From: Thecamonas trahens ATCC 50062
Taxonomy: Eukaryota; Protista; Apusomonadida
Reading direction: 5' to 3'
Assembly (NCBI RefSeq): GCF_000142905.1
Contig: NW_013657613.1
Span: forward strand, 8,871 to 49,601
DNA length: 40,731 nt
Numbering within the stretch: the stretch's first letter is position 1; each line of letters opens with the position of its first letter. A model generated the notes under the pieces. That model did not search any database and was not told the origin of the DNA. It was given only the letters and a program-made list of their open reading frames with translations. Shown one piece after another: positions 31,258 to 40,731 of the stretch. Position numbers and translations under genes: made by a program.

Positions 31258-33725
31258 ACAGGCAGGTCAGCGGTAAACTCGAGCTGGCTCACCACCCGCC
31301 CGCCATCAGTCGCCGACACGTAGCTCAGCATGTACCGCTCGCGGTTGACGAGGGCAATGTCCTTAAACACAAGTTTCCATCCGCGCGGATGCGCAAAGTC
31401 AAAGCCCACCAGCGCCGCGTTGCCGTCGTCCTGCAGCTGGTACGGCGACATGGGCAGCGTCGGCTCGGTCGTCTCGCTGGCATGCGGTGCCTTGTCGGCC
31501 CGCTGCAGGGCCACATAGTCGGAGCCCGAGTGGCCGACCGGTGCCTCGTAGGCCACTGAGAGGGAGGTCGGCGTGATGACGCCGACCACCAGCGAATACA
31601 GTGGCGAAACAATCGGGTTCGCAGTCTCGACCGCAGAGCCCATCTTGTCAAGCCCGAGGTCCGCTGGAATCGGCTCGGTGGGCGGGAGGACAAAGTCGGC
31701 CGGCAGCCGGAGCTTGTCAGCCACCGACCGGAGCTTGACAGCCATGGCCGACTCGCGCGAAGGCGAGGCCGACGAGTCGTCACCGGCTGGCCCGGCCGAC
31801 GACAGCGCAGTGGTCTTGCGCCCGCGCGCGGTCGTCGCACCCTCATCTGTCGGCGCCGGCCGCTCGGCGCATGACTGGATGCCCGACCGTGACTTGGGCA
31901 TGGAGACCCGCTCAAGCGGCTCGAGCTTAATGAGCGCCACGTCCTTGATCATGTTCTGCAGCCGCTCGCGCTCGGTAGCCGCCAGCCGGAACCGCGACTC
32001 GACGTTGGCCACCAGGGCAGTAGCCTGGGTGTTGGCAAAGCGCTCGCGCGACGAGCTCTTGACGAGCTTGCGTTTCGGCTGCGGCTGGGCGAGCAAATCG
32101 CTGTCGTGGTTCGAGTCGATTGGCGTCCCGGTATCGGCCATGGCCGGCTGGTACGGGACGACTCGCGACGAGGCCGACGTCGAGGCGGCGAGCACACCGT
32201 TGTGGAGGCGGAAGGGGAAGATCGACGCTGCGCGGCCAGAGCGGAAGCGAACGAGGCGGACATGGTAGGTGCCGGTCTTGGCCAGCGAGAGGCCATCGAG
32301 CTTGATCCTACCCGAGTCCTTCCCGCTCGACCGCAGGTACGAGTACGCCTCGTAGGAGGCATCGGATGCGGCCGGCTTGTACAAGCCGACAAAGTCGGAC
32401 GAGCCGCGGGATAGCGGCGCCTTCCACAGCAGCGTCACCGAGCTTGTCGACGCCGACTGGACGGCAACCTTGTAGTCTGATCGCAGGCCACGCGCGCCGA
32501 TCTGGCGCTTCATGTCCAGCACAATGGCATCCTCCACCACGCCACCGGCCGACAGGTGCTCGTCCGACCGGATGAGGGCCACCACGTACATGGTCCGTGG
32601 CTTGGACTCATGCTTGGGCAGGGAGAGTTCGACCTGGCCCTCGTGCTCGCCGCGCCGCAGGTACTGGTACGCAACATACGATGAGAGGTCGAGGTAGAGC
32701 GCAGACGCCGTGGGGAACAGGCCCACCCAGTCGTACTTTTGCGCTCCGTTGGCCGCCGCCGCCGAGACTTCCGGAGAGGGCACAGCGCCGTTCTTCTTGC
32801 TCGCCGGCCGGTCCACAGGCTCACGCACAGACCAGGTGACCTTGACCGTCCGCCCGGTCTGCCGCATCCCGACAAGCCGGTATCCGTTGACGCCCAGCGT
32901 CGCCTGTCGCTCGGTAAAGTCGCGCTCGATCGAGATCTCCTCGTCGGTGTCGAGCTCGCCGCCGCCGCCCGACGTTCGGCTCTTCGACTTGCCCTTGCTC
33001 GACCTGCGGTGCTTGCCGTTGGCGCCCAGGCTCTTGGTCGACTTGGCCTTGGCCTTTTCCTTGTCGCGGAGTTTGGTGTGGACCTTTTCCCGCGCCCTCG
33101 CCGACGCCCGCAGATTGCCCGCCGGTGCGTGGGCTGACGGCGAGTCAGCCCGTTGGGAGACGAGCTGGTCGGCGGTGCGGCCGCGGGGCCTTGGAGGACC
33201 TTTCCGCCTTGGCCTTGCTCAACTTGCTCCGCTCCTTCGCATTTGCTCTCTCCTTGGCCTTGGCCTTGGCCTTGGCAGTCGCCACCGTGCGGGGTGGCGG
33301 ACCTTGGCAGGCGAGCTTGTCCGCGAGCGGCCAACAAGCGGAGCGACGACTGCCGGCGACATCGACCGCCCGGCGCCGGCCCTACGGCCACCACGACTAT
33401 CATTGGTAGGGCTAGCATGGCCAGCGGCATGACCCGAGCCGTTCCGCTTGTGGCGGGCCAGCGAGGGCGAGGAGTTGCGGGAGCGACCGCCCGAGCTTCC
33501 GGCATGACCCGAGGCCGAGCCAGACGGACCAGCATTTCCACCCGAGCCAGTCTGAGCTTGACCATCAGCGCCAGCTGTTGCAGCCGTATGCGAGTCGGGG
33601 AGATAGAAGGAGGAGGCATGGAGACCATCTGCGTCGATAGCCCGCGTGCTCGGCCTCCGTGGTCTCGGCAGCGGCTGTCCGTCCTCGTCCAGCAGCGGTC
33701 GTTGCGATGATGCACCACAACCCAT
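31254..33725 (-). CDS. Predicted myristoylated/palmitoylated protein with three SKICH-like domains
   Basis: Starts MGCGASSQ at 33725, followed by a low-complexity basic linker needing three one-base frameshifts (~33302, ~33189, ~33150). Then VKVTW...YDWVGLFP...YVAYQYL...GQVELSL...YVVALIR, VTLLWKAP...SDFVGLYK...YEAYSYL...YHVRLVR and LSVAYEAP...SDYVALQR...YMLSYVS. These resemble the SKICH DWIGLF/Y-type Ig-like module. Confidence 0.65.
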
Positions 33726-34158
33726 GGCTGAACAAGTGGCTACCTTCTAGCCTTGTCCGTGTGCTGGGTGTAATGGGAGGGTGTAGTGGGTGCCTTGGCC
33801 AGCCTGGGTCGTATCCAGTCGTCGACGGGTGGTGCGCCCAAGGGGGAGGGGGGAAGGACGGACGGAGGGAGGGAGGGAGGGAGGGAGGGAGGGGGGGAGG
33901 GAGGGAGGGGGGGGGTATGGAGATAGGTGTGGGTATGGGGATGGGTATGGTACTGGTCCCTGTCGGGTGTACCTCTCTCCAATCTCTTCCGTACTCTTGC
34001 TGTACGTGTCGGCAATGGGTAGGTAGCCTCTCTCCCCTGCTCCGTCGCCTGTGGTCGTGCCTCACAAAGACAGCCGTTGCCCCCCCTCTCCCCCACACAC
34101 TCTCCCGCACCATCCTGCCAGCAGCAGCCATTGTTCAAATATTTTTTACCTTTGGGGT

Positions 34159-34605
34159 GGGTGCTCATCATTAATCGTTGGGGTATTGATTTTGGGTTGA
34201 GGGTGCTCATCATTAATCGTTGGGGTATTGATTTTGGGTTGAGGGTGTCGTCATTAATCGTTGGGGTATTGATTTTGGGTTGAGGGTGCTCATCATTAAT
34301 CGTTGGGGTATTGATTTTGGGTTGAGGGTGTCGTCATTAATCGTTGGGGTATTGATTTTGGGTTGAGGGTGTCGTCATTAATCGTTGGGGTATTGATTTT
34401 GGGTTGAGGGTGTCGTCATTAATCGTTGGGGTATTGATTTTGGGTTGAGGGTGCTCATCATTAATCGTTGGGGTATTGATTTTGGGTTGAGGGTGTCGTC
34501 ATTAATCGTTGGGGTATTGATTTTGGGTTGAGGGTGTCGTCATTAATCGTTGGGGTATTGATTTTGGGTTGAGGGTGCTCATCATTAATCGTTGGGGTAT
34601 TGATT
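34159..34605. repeat. Intergenic 41/42-nt tandem array, ~10.8 copies, two unit types
   Basis: A = GGGTGCTCATCATTAATCGTTGGGGTATTGATTTTGGGTTGA (42 nt). B = GGGTGTCGTCATTAATCGTTGGGGTATTGATTTTGGGTTGA (41 nt). Order A A B A B B B A B B A(partial). Confidence 0.97.
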
Positions 34606-34837
34606 ACTCCGGGGAGGCGATGGGGGTGGAGATGGGAGGAAGGGCATGGTTGGAATACAAGCAAATCAACCAGCTCTCCTTCTTCTCCCTACTTTCCCCC
34701 ATCTCCATCCCCAGTCCCCTCCACCATCGACCTCCCCCGCCCCGGCTCGATCCCCACCAATACGACCGATGCGAAGCACATGTGACGATCAAGGGCCTCG
34801 ACGGAGCTAGAGCCGTATGAGATGGAGGATGTGATGA

Positions 34838-34852
34838 GCAAGCGAGCGAGCG

Positions 34853-34891
<39 letters not shown>
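34838..34891. repeat. (GAGC)n/(AG)n microsatellite
   Basis: GCGA units grading into ~18 AG units upstream of the WASHC2 start. Confidence 0.9.
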
Positions 34892-34892
<1 letters not shown>

Positions 34893-34953
34893 GGAGAGCA
34901 GATGGCCATGGCCTGAGTATGATGAGCCCGTGTCATCACTGCTCTCTCTGGCC

Positions 34954-35263
34954 ATGTCGTACTCTGACGAGTACGACCGCCCGCGGCGGCGTGCGTACCC
35001 CAACCCGACCAAGCCATGGCCACTGCGCAAGTGTCGTGATGCTGTGCGTGATGGCCATTGGACGCTTGCAGCAGACACAGGCGTACGTTCTCCTTATCTG
35101 CTCTCCCTTCCTCTCACCCTCTCCTATCTCCCTCCATGTCCATGCCCATGCCCCTCCCCACACTGCCTGCGTGTGACTTTTTGCCGACACGGCGGGAGGG
35201 GAGGGGGGGGGGGGTAGGCACCTACACCCGTACCCATAGACCACATACACATGTATGGGTAGG

Positions 35264-35297
<34 letters not shown>

Positions 35298-38200
35298 GGT
35301 GTGGGTGTGGGTGTGGGTGTGGGTGTGGGTGTGGGTGTGGGTGTGGGTGTGGGTGTGGGTGTGGGTGTGGGTGTGGGTGTGGGTGTCTAAGAAGCCATGT
35401 AGCCCCCCTCCCCCCCTGTACCACCACCACCACCACTCACCACCATACCACCATATCTCCTCCTTCTCCTCCTGCTGCTGGTACTGCTGCTGATACTGCT
35501 GCTGGTACTGCTGCTGATACTGCTGCTGATACTGCTGCTGATACTGCTGCTGGTACTGCTGCTGATACTGCTGCTGGTACTGCTGCTGATACTGCTGCTG
35601 GTACTGCTGCTGGTACTGCTGCTGATACTGCTGCTGATACTGCTGCTGGTACTGCTGCTGATACTGCTGCTGATACTGCTGCTGATACTGCTGCTGGTAC
35701 TGCTGCTGATACTGCTGCTGGTACTGCTGCTGATACTGCTGCTGATACTGCTGCTGATACTGCTGCTGATACTGCTGCTGATACTGCTGCTGATACTGCT
35801 GCTGATACTGCTGCTGATACTGCTGCTGATACTGCTGCTGATACTGCTGCTGATACTGCTGCTGATACTGCTGCTGGTACTGCTGCTGGTACTGCTGCTG
35901 GTACTGCTGCTGATACTGCTGCTGATACTGCTGCTGATACTGCTGCTGGTACTGCTGCTGGTACTGCTGCTGGTACTGCTGCTGATACTGCTGCTGATAC
36001 TGCTGCTGGTATCTCTTGTCATGCAATGGTGGACCACCACTACCACTACTATCCGCTCCCTCATCCACGTACTCTCCTTCTCCTCCTCTGTTGGCCCACA
36101 GCTGTTCCTCTACATGCAGCAGTTTGCGCGGAAGCTTCTGGATCGGACGCAGGCGCTCGAGTCCGAGGTGGATGGCCTGGTCAATGCGGCGGCGGCGGCG
36201 GAAGTCGACGTTCGCAACACCTTTAACGAGTTTGACCTGCTCTCGGCGAGCCAGTTCATCGAGAACCGGGTGTATGTCGACGACACGTACATGGATGAGG
36301 CCGAGAGCAGCAACGGCAAGGCCGGCGTGGCTGACGAGCCGCCGCTGGATCCGGAGATCGAGGCTGCGCTAGAGAACGATCCGGAGCTGCAAGAGGCCCG
36401 CGAGCGTGAGCTGGAGGCCAAGCTGGTGCCCAAGCTCAAGGCTGCGCTCGAGTACGGCCTCGTCCTGCTCGACGACCTGTTTGACGACGACGACGTCGAC
36501 GAGGCCTTTCAGCCGGCGGCCGACATGGGTGCGGCCGACGTGGTCACCGGCAAAGAGTACATTGCCGGGCCGGCCGACATGCTGGCTGGCAAGCGGTTCA
36601 AGCCGTCAGAGCGCTACGCGCAGCGCCCGCTGCCATACATCATCGGCACCGCGTCGTTTATGGACGACGAGACCTGCGGCCTGCTCCACGAAGAGTACTC
36701 CGAGTCGGTCTCCGAGTCCATCTATGAGGATGAAGACTTTGAGGACTACTCGGGCGAGTACTCATACCCACCCATTGTCTACTCGGACGACGACCCGTTC
36801 GCGTACTCGTACGACGACGTCGCAGACCCGCTGCGCAAGGCCAGCGCCGCCGACCGTGCCGGCTCGGCCTCGCCGGCGTACTCGGACGCGTACTCGGACG
36901 ATGGCGGAGGCAAGGGCAAGGACAAGAAGAAGAAGAAGAAGAAGAAGAAGAAGAAGAAGAAGAAAAAGAAGAAGAAGAAGGACAAGGGCAAGGGCAAGGA
37001 CAAAGGCAAGGGTAAGGACGAGGTCAACGATGCGCCGGCTACTGACGGTACCGGAGCCAGCGGCGCTGATGCACCTAACGATGCGGTCGCCGCCAAGGGT
37101 GCACCAGGCACCGGCCTCATGGACGACGACGACCTCGGGCTCTCGGGCTTTGGCGGCGGCTCGACCGGTAATGCCGGCGGTGTCCCTGCCGGCGCCAACG
37201 GCTCGGCCGTCGACGGTCTCTTTGCCGGCCTCGACGACGGGACAACCGGTTCGGGCGCGACGCTCGGCGGCGGTGACCTGTTCTCGGACCCGTTCACCAC
37301 CGCGCCGCCGTCGTCCAAGGCGCCTGCCCCGCCGCCGCCGCCGTCGTCGGGCCTCCCGCCAGTCGGCATCGGCGACCTTCCGCCGGTCTTCCCCGCCGGC
37401 GGTCTTCCGCCCGTCATGGGCGCCGACGGTCAGCCGGTTGCGGCCGCGCCGCCTGCCGCGCCGCCTGCCGCGCCTCCTGCCGCACCGCCTGCTGCACCGC
37501 CGGCACCCTCGCTTTTCCCGCAGCCACCTGCAGCCGCCCCTGCCGCGCCCAAGGCGTCCACGGCACTCTTTGATGGCGCCGACGACATCTTTGGTGACGA
37601 CGATGCCCTGTTTGGCGACGTGGGCGCCGACAATGCGTTCCCTGCCGCCGCGCCTGCTGCGCCCGCTGCGCCCGCTGCGCCTGCCGCGCCTGCTGCGTCT
37701 GCAGTCGACGACATGTTTGGCGACGACCTGTTTGCTGACGACGGCCTGTTTGCTGATGATCCACCCGCCGCACGTACATCCGCACCGGCTGCTCCTCCGG
37801 CACCGGCCGCGCCCGCCGCGCCCGCCGCGCCCGCCGCGCCCGCCGCGCCTGCCGCGCCTGCCGTGCCTGCCGCGCCTGCTGCGCCTGCTGCGCCCGAGCC
37901 GGAGCCAAAGCCGGAGCCGGAGCCGGAGCCCAAGAAGGCAGCCGCTTCGGCGTTTGGTGACGACCTCGACCTGTTTGGGCCCGAGTCAGCATCGATCTTG
38001 AGCGGGACGGGCTCAGGCGCCAAGACCGGCTCGCTGTGGGAGGGCGACGACGCCGATCTGTTCGGCGCCGGCTTTGGCACCTCCAAGTCGGAGAGCAAGG
38101 CTGCGGCTGCTGCAACGGCCCCGATCCCGTCGCTTGACGCCGACAACCTGTTCCTCGACGACGACGACGACATCATGGGTTTCTCTGCCGCCAAGAAGAC

Positions 38201-38351
38201 ACCGGCGCCTGCCGCCGCGGCGCCTGCCGAGCCCGAGCCGGCCGCCAAGAAGAAGCGCCGCCGCAAGAAGGTCGCCGAGCCTGAGCCCGAGCCCGAGCCT
38301 GAGCCCGCGCCCGAACCTGCCGCCAAGAAGAAGCGCCGCCGCAAGAAGGTC

Positions 38352-38384
<33 letters not shown>

Positions 38385-38972
38385 GCCGCCACGCCCAAGA
38401 CTGCCAAGAAGAAGGCGGGGAGCAAGAAGAAGAACGGTGTGGCCGACTTTGGCGCAGACGACGAGGACCTGTTTGGCGAAAAGGCCGACGCCGCCAAGGC
38501 TGCTGCCGATGCCAAGCGCTCCAAGTCTGTGTTTGGCGACGACGAGGACGACGACGCGTTCCTGTTTGCCTCGTCGGTTGCTGTTGCCGAGCCGGAGCCG
38601 ACAACCTCCGGCGGCGGCAGCAAGAACAAGAAGAAGAGCACCAAGAAGGCTGCCGGCGGCGGCGCCAAGAAGACGGCGGCGGCGACAGGCGGGAGCGGCG
38701 GAGGCGGCGGCTTCTCCATCTTTGACGACCCGGTCGAGGCCATCCCATCGCGGGCCAACGGCGCCAAGCCCAAGCCCAAGAAGAAGGCGTCGAACAAGGC
38801 TGCGCGCAAGCGACAGTCGGCCAAGGCCAAGGCTGGTCCTGCCGAGCCGTCGATCTTTGGCGACCCCGTGGGCAAGAAGAAGACGTCGGCCAAGAAGAAG
38901 AAGACGTCTGTCAAGAAGAAGCCCGCCAAGAAGAAGAGCCTCAAGAAGGGCAAGAAGAGCATCTTTGATTGA
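34954..38972 (+). CDS. WASHC2: WASH complex subunit 2 (FAM21) homolog; exons 34954-35082 and 36102-38972
   Basis: The spliced product reads PWPLRKC...WTLAADTG|LFLYMQQFARKLLDRTQALESEVDGLV...VRNTFNEFDLLSASQFIENRVY, matching the FAM21 head (WSLAADAGLL...FNDFLMLSNTQFIENRVY) and RPLPYIIGT. It has a long disordered tail with many LF/IF-acidic motifs (LFDGADDIFGDDDALFGD, DDLFADDGLFADD, SIFDDP, terminal SIFD). Confidence 0.92.
35262..35386. repeat. (GGCATG)n-(GGTGTG)n compound hexamer microsatellite, intronic
   Basis: About 6 GGCATG units followed by about 15 GGTGTG units. Confidence 0.93.
35472..36011. repeat. 12-nt minisatellite CTGCTGCTGRTA, ~45 copies, intronic
   Basis: 540 nt of CTGCTGCTGGTA / CTGCTGCTGATA units in mixed order. 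Confidence 0.97.
36924..36980 (+). repeat. (AAG)n coding poly-lysine tract in WASHC2
   Basis: About 19 consecutive Lys codons, nearly all AAG. Confidence 0.9.
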
Positions 38973-39093
38973 ACCATGTCTGTCCTCCCCCCCCTCTACC
39001 GTAGCCTCACCTGATTGCTGACGCGACTCGGGAGGAGTGCAAGCTTTGGCCTCTTCCCCGTCCGGCTAGATCATCGAGTTGCAGCGATGCGGT

Positions 39094-40569
39094 CTAGCTC
39101 TCGGCCGTGGCCTCAGCGATCCGGGCCGAGCCAACGTAGGCGGTGACGAGCATGACGACGCGGATCCAGAGCGGGAGAAGGCCGGCGGCGAGCTCGTCGA
39201 CAATGCCGTGGCGATGGGCGGCGAGGAGAGTGACGACAAGGACGTAGGCTCGTGGCAGGGCGAGCAGCCGCCAGCGCGGCGGGAGGAGCAGCCGCTCCAG
39301 GCCGGCATAAGCGGCGACAGCGCCGAGCAGCGAGAGCCGCGCTGCTTTGAGAAGTCGCGTCGGGGTGTGATCGCCGAGCAGCCAGGTCTCGCCGAGGGCG
39401 ACAGCAAAGACGGCGAGGTGACCGATGGCGAGGCGGGCAACGGGGAGGGGCGGGCGCGGCAGAGTATCCGCCTGCGCCTTGCTGGCCTCGACATTGGCGG
39501 CAGCGGCAGCGGCAGCAGCGGCGTCTGCATCTGCGGCAGCGGCCGAGGCAAAGGCGGTGGCGTCGGCCTGCGCCTCGCCGGCCCAGCTCAGTGCCGAGGA
39601 CGAGACGATGGTAAAGGAGGCGAACCAGGCGAGGAGATGCAGCTCGGCGAGGGCGAGGGCGATGGCGGCAGCGAGGGCGAGGAGCATCCGGTGCGGCAAC
39701 AAGGGGGAGTCGGCGTCGGCCGGAAGAGCGGCGCCGATGCCAATGAGGGCGAGGCAGACAACACGGTTGGCGGGAGCGGTGGTGACCAGCGGCGGCAAAC
39801 CTGCAGCGCGAAGAACGATGGTAGCGACGGCGGCGGCAACGAGTGAGTGCGGATGCAGATCAGGGCGGGCGGCGTCAAGCCAGGCCGGTACAATGAGCCA
39901 CGCGACGACGGTGGTGACGGTGGTAACGACGAGGGCAAGCGAGACGAGGACGGCGGCCTGGTAGCGGGCGGCGTGTGCGGTGGCGACGCGGGGCGGAGCC
40001 GAACGCTCCGCGGCGGGTGCCTCTGCGCTGCGAGCGAGATGGGCGGCGACAAGAGCCATGTCGAGCTGGGCCAGATGGGCGTCGACTGCGGCCTGACACG
40101 GCCTGCAGAGGACAGCGCGGGCGTGAGCTGCCGCCAGCTGAGCATTGTTCTCGGCGGCCGAGTTGTGGCCGCAGGCGGCGATGTCGTCGATGAGGCGGCG
40201 CTGCGCGGCTGCGCAGGGCGGGCAGAGGCGCGGGGCGGCGGCAGCAGGGCGTGTGGCGGGGCGAGCGGCGGACGATGGCGATGGCGATGAGGATAGCGAT
40301 GGCGATGGCGATGGCGATGGCGATGTCGATGGCGGAGGGCTGTCAGTGGGCGGATTGGCGGCGGCGCAGTGCGGGCAGAGCCAGCGGGCGTGGGCCGAGG
40401 CGAGGGAGACGGCGGCCCAGCGGCCGCAGAACCAGCACCAGAGGAGGGCAGGGAAGGGCGAGCGGGCGGTGGCGAGGGTGGCGGCGAGGGAGAGGAGGGG
40501 CATAGCCAGCGGGAGGAGGAGGACGGCGGCTGCGGGCGTGGCGTGGGCTGCCTGCTCCAGCAGCGGCAT
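39094..40569 (-). CDS. TMEM201: TMEM201/Samp1/Ima1-family inner nuclear membrane protein
   Basis: N-terminal hydrophobic segment, then the four CxxC pairs of the Ima1_N domain (CWFC, WLCPHCAAAN, LCPPCAAAQ, LCRPCQAAV). The last matches the vertebrate TMEM201 motif as I recall it. Several TM helices follow. Confidence 0.85.
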   Translation of the reverse strand: MPLLEQAAHATPAAAVLLLPLAMPLLSLAATLATARSPFPALLWCWFCGRWAAVSLASAHARWLCPHCAAANPPTDSPPPSTSPSPSPSPSLSSSPSPSSAARPATRPAAAAPRLCPPCAAAQRRLIDDIAACGHNSAAENNAQLAAAHARAVLCRPCQAAVDAHLAQLDMALVAAHLARSAEAPAAERSAPPRVATAHAARYQAAVLVSLALVVTTVTTVVAWLIVPAWLDAARPDLHPHSLVAAAVATIVLRAAGLPPLVTTAPANRVVCLALIGIGAALPADADSPLLPHRMLLALAAAIALALAELHLLAWFASFTIVSSSALSWAGEAQADATAFASAAAADADAAAAAAAAANVEASKAQADTLPRPPLPVARLAIGHLAVFAVALGETWLLGDHTPTRLLKAARLSLLGAVAAYAGLERLLLPPRWRLLALPRAYVLVVTLLAAHRHGIVDELAAGLLPLWIRVVMLVTAYVGSARIAEATAES

Positions 40570-40618
40570 GGAGAGGAGGCGGCGGAGGGATCAATGGGGG
40601 CGACGAGTGGTGGGGAGG

Positions 40619-40731
40619 GGGGGTATGGATGGGGGGGTATGGATGGGGGTATGGATGGGGGTATGGATGGGGGTATGGATGGGGGTATGGATGGGGGTAT
40701 GGATGGGGGTATGGAGTGGGGGTATGGAGTG
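40619..40731. repeat. 12-nt GGGGGTATGGAT-type tandem repeat upstream of TMEM201, running off the window end
   Basis: About 9 units GGGGGTATGGA(T/GT). Confidence 0.92.

Larger units (their letters stand above)
35083..36101 (+). other. 1019-nt phase-0 intron of WASHC2
   Basis: GTACGT donor at 35083; pyrimidine tract and CACAG acceptor ending at 36101. Removal restores the conserved WTLAADTG-LFLY junction. Confidence 0.88.

Noticed and set aside
34159-34605. CRISPR-like appearance of the 41/42-nt array
   Set aside because: Units are head-to-tail with only two alternating variants, there are no unique spacers or cas genes, and the context is eukaryotic.
35124-36226. ORFs encoding poly-(QQQY), (TAAD/G) or (SSSI/T) proteins
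   Set aside because: They are stop-free by-products of a 12-nt satellite inside the well-supported WASHC2 intron.
37430-38977. Long antisense ORF (515 aa) and similar shadow ORFs opposite other genes
   Set aside because: Expected from high GC3 codon bias; no domain content, and the opposite strand has clear homology.
40619-40731. Telomere at the window end
   Set aside because: The unit GGGGGTATGGAT is irregular and resembles the G-rich repeats seen upstream of other minus-strand genes (e.g. 33910-33950); the window edge is not known to be a chromosome end.

Overview
GC-rich, gene-dense eukaryotic draft scaffold with N gaps, GT-AG introns and a eukaryotic 5S gene. The gene content and composition suggest a unicellular protist, possibly apusomonad-like, but the organism cannot be established from sequence alone. 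Left to right: (1) an intracellular NLR-type receptor gene, TIR + NB-ARC/Apaf-1-like STAND NTPase + at least 16 near-identical 171-nt WD40 repeats. Recurrent variation in the repeats is concentrated in five codons, and the units show mosaic recombination; this is the most interesting object here. (2) A degenerate kinase-fold gene converging on the NLR 3' end. (3) A tail-to-tail pair of giant paralogous surface proteins (FG-GAP repeats, GGA(I/L/V) beta-helix repeats, Cys-rich stalk, multi-TM C-terminus; one adds a LamG domain). (4) A lone 5S rRNA gene. (5) A large F-box/C2H2 protein. (6) Kaptin (KPTN). (7) A predicted N-acylated protein with three SKICH-like domains. (8) A 41/42-nt G-tract tandem array. 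(9) WASHC2/FAM21 with a ~1-kb satellite-filled intron. (10) TMEM201/Ima1. Four genes are broken by 13 inferred frameshifts, each fixed by adding one base and mostly in homopolymers, so these are probably sequencing undercalls. Domain calls come from motif recognition by eye, not from database searches.
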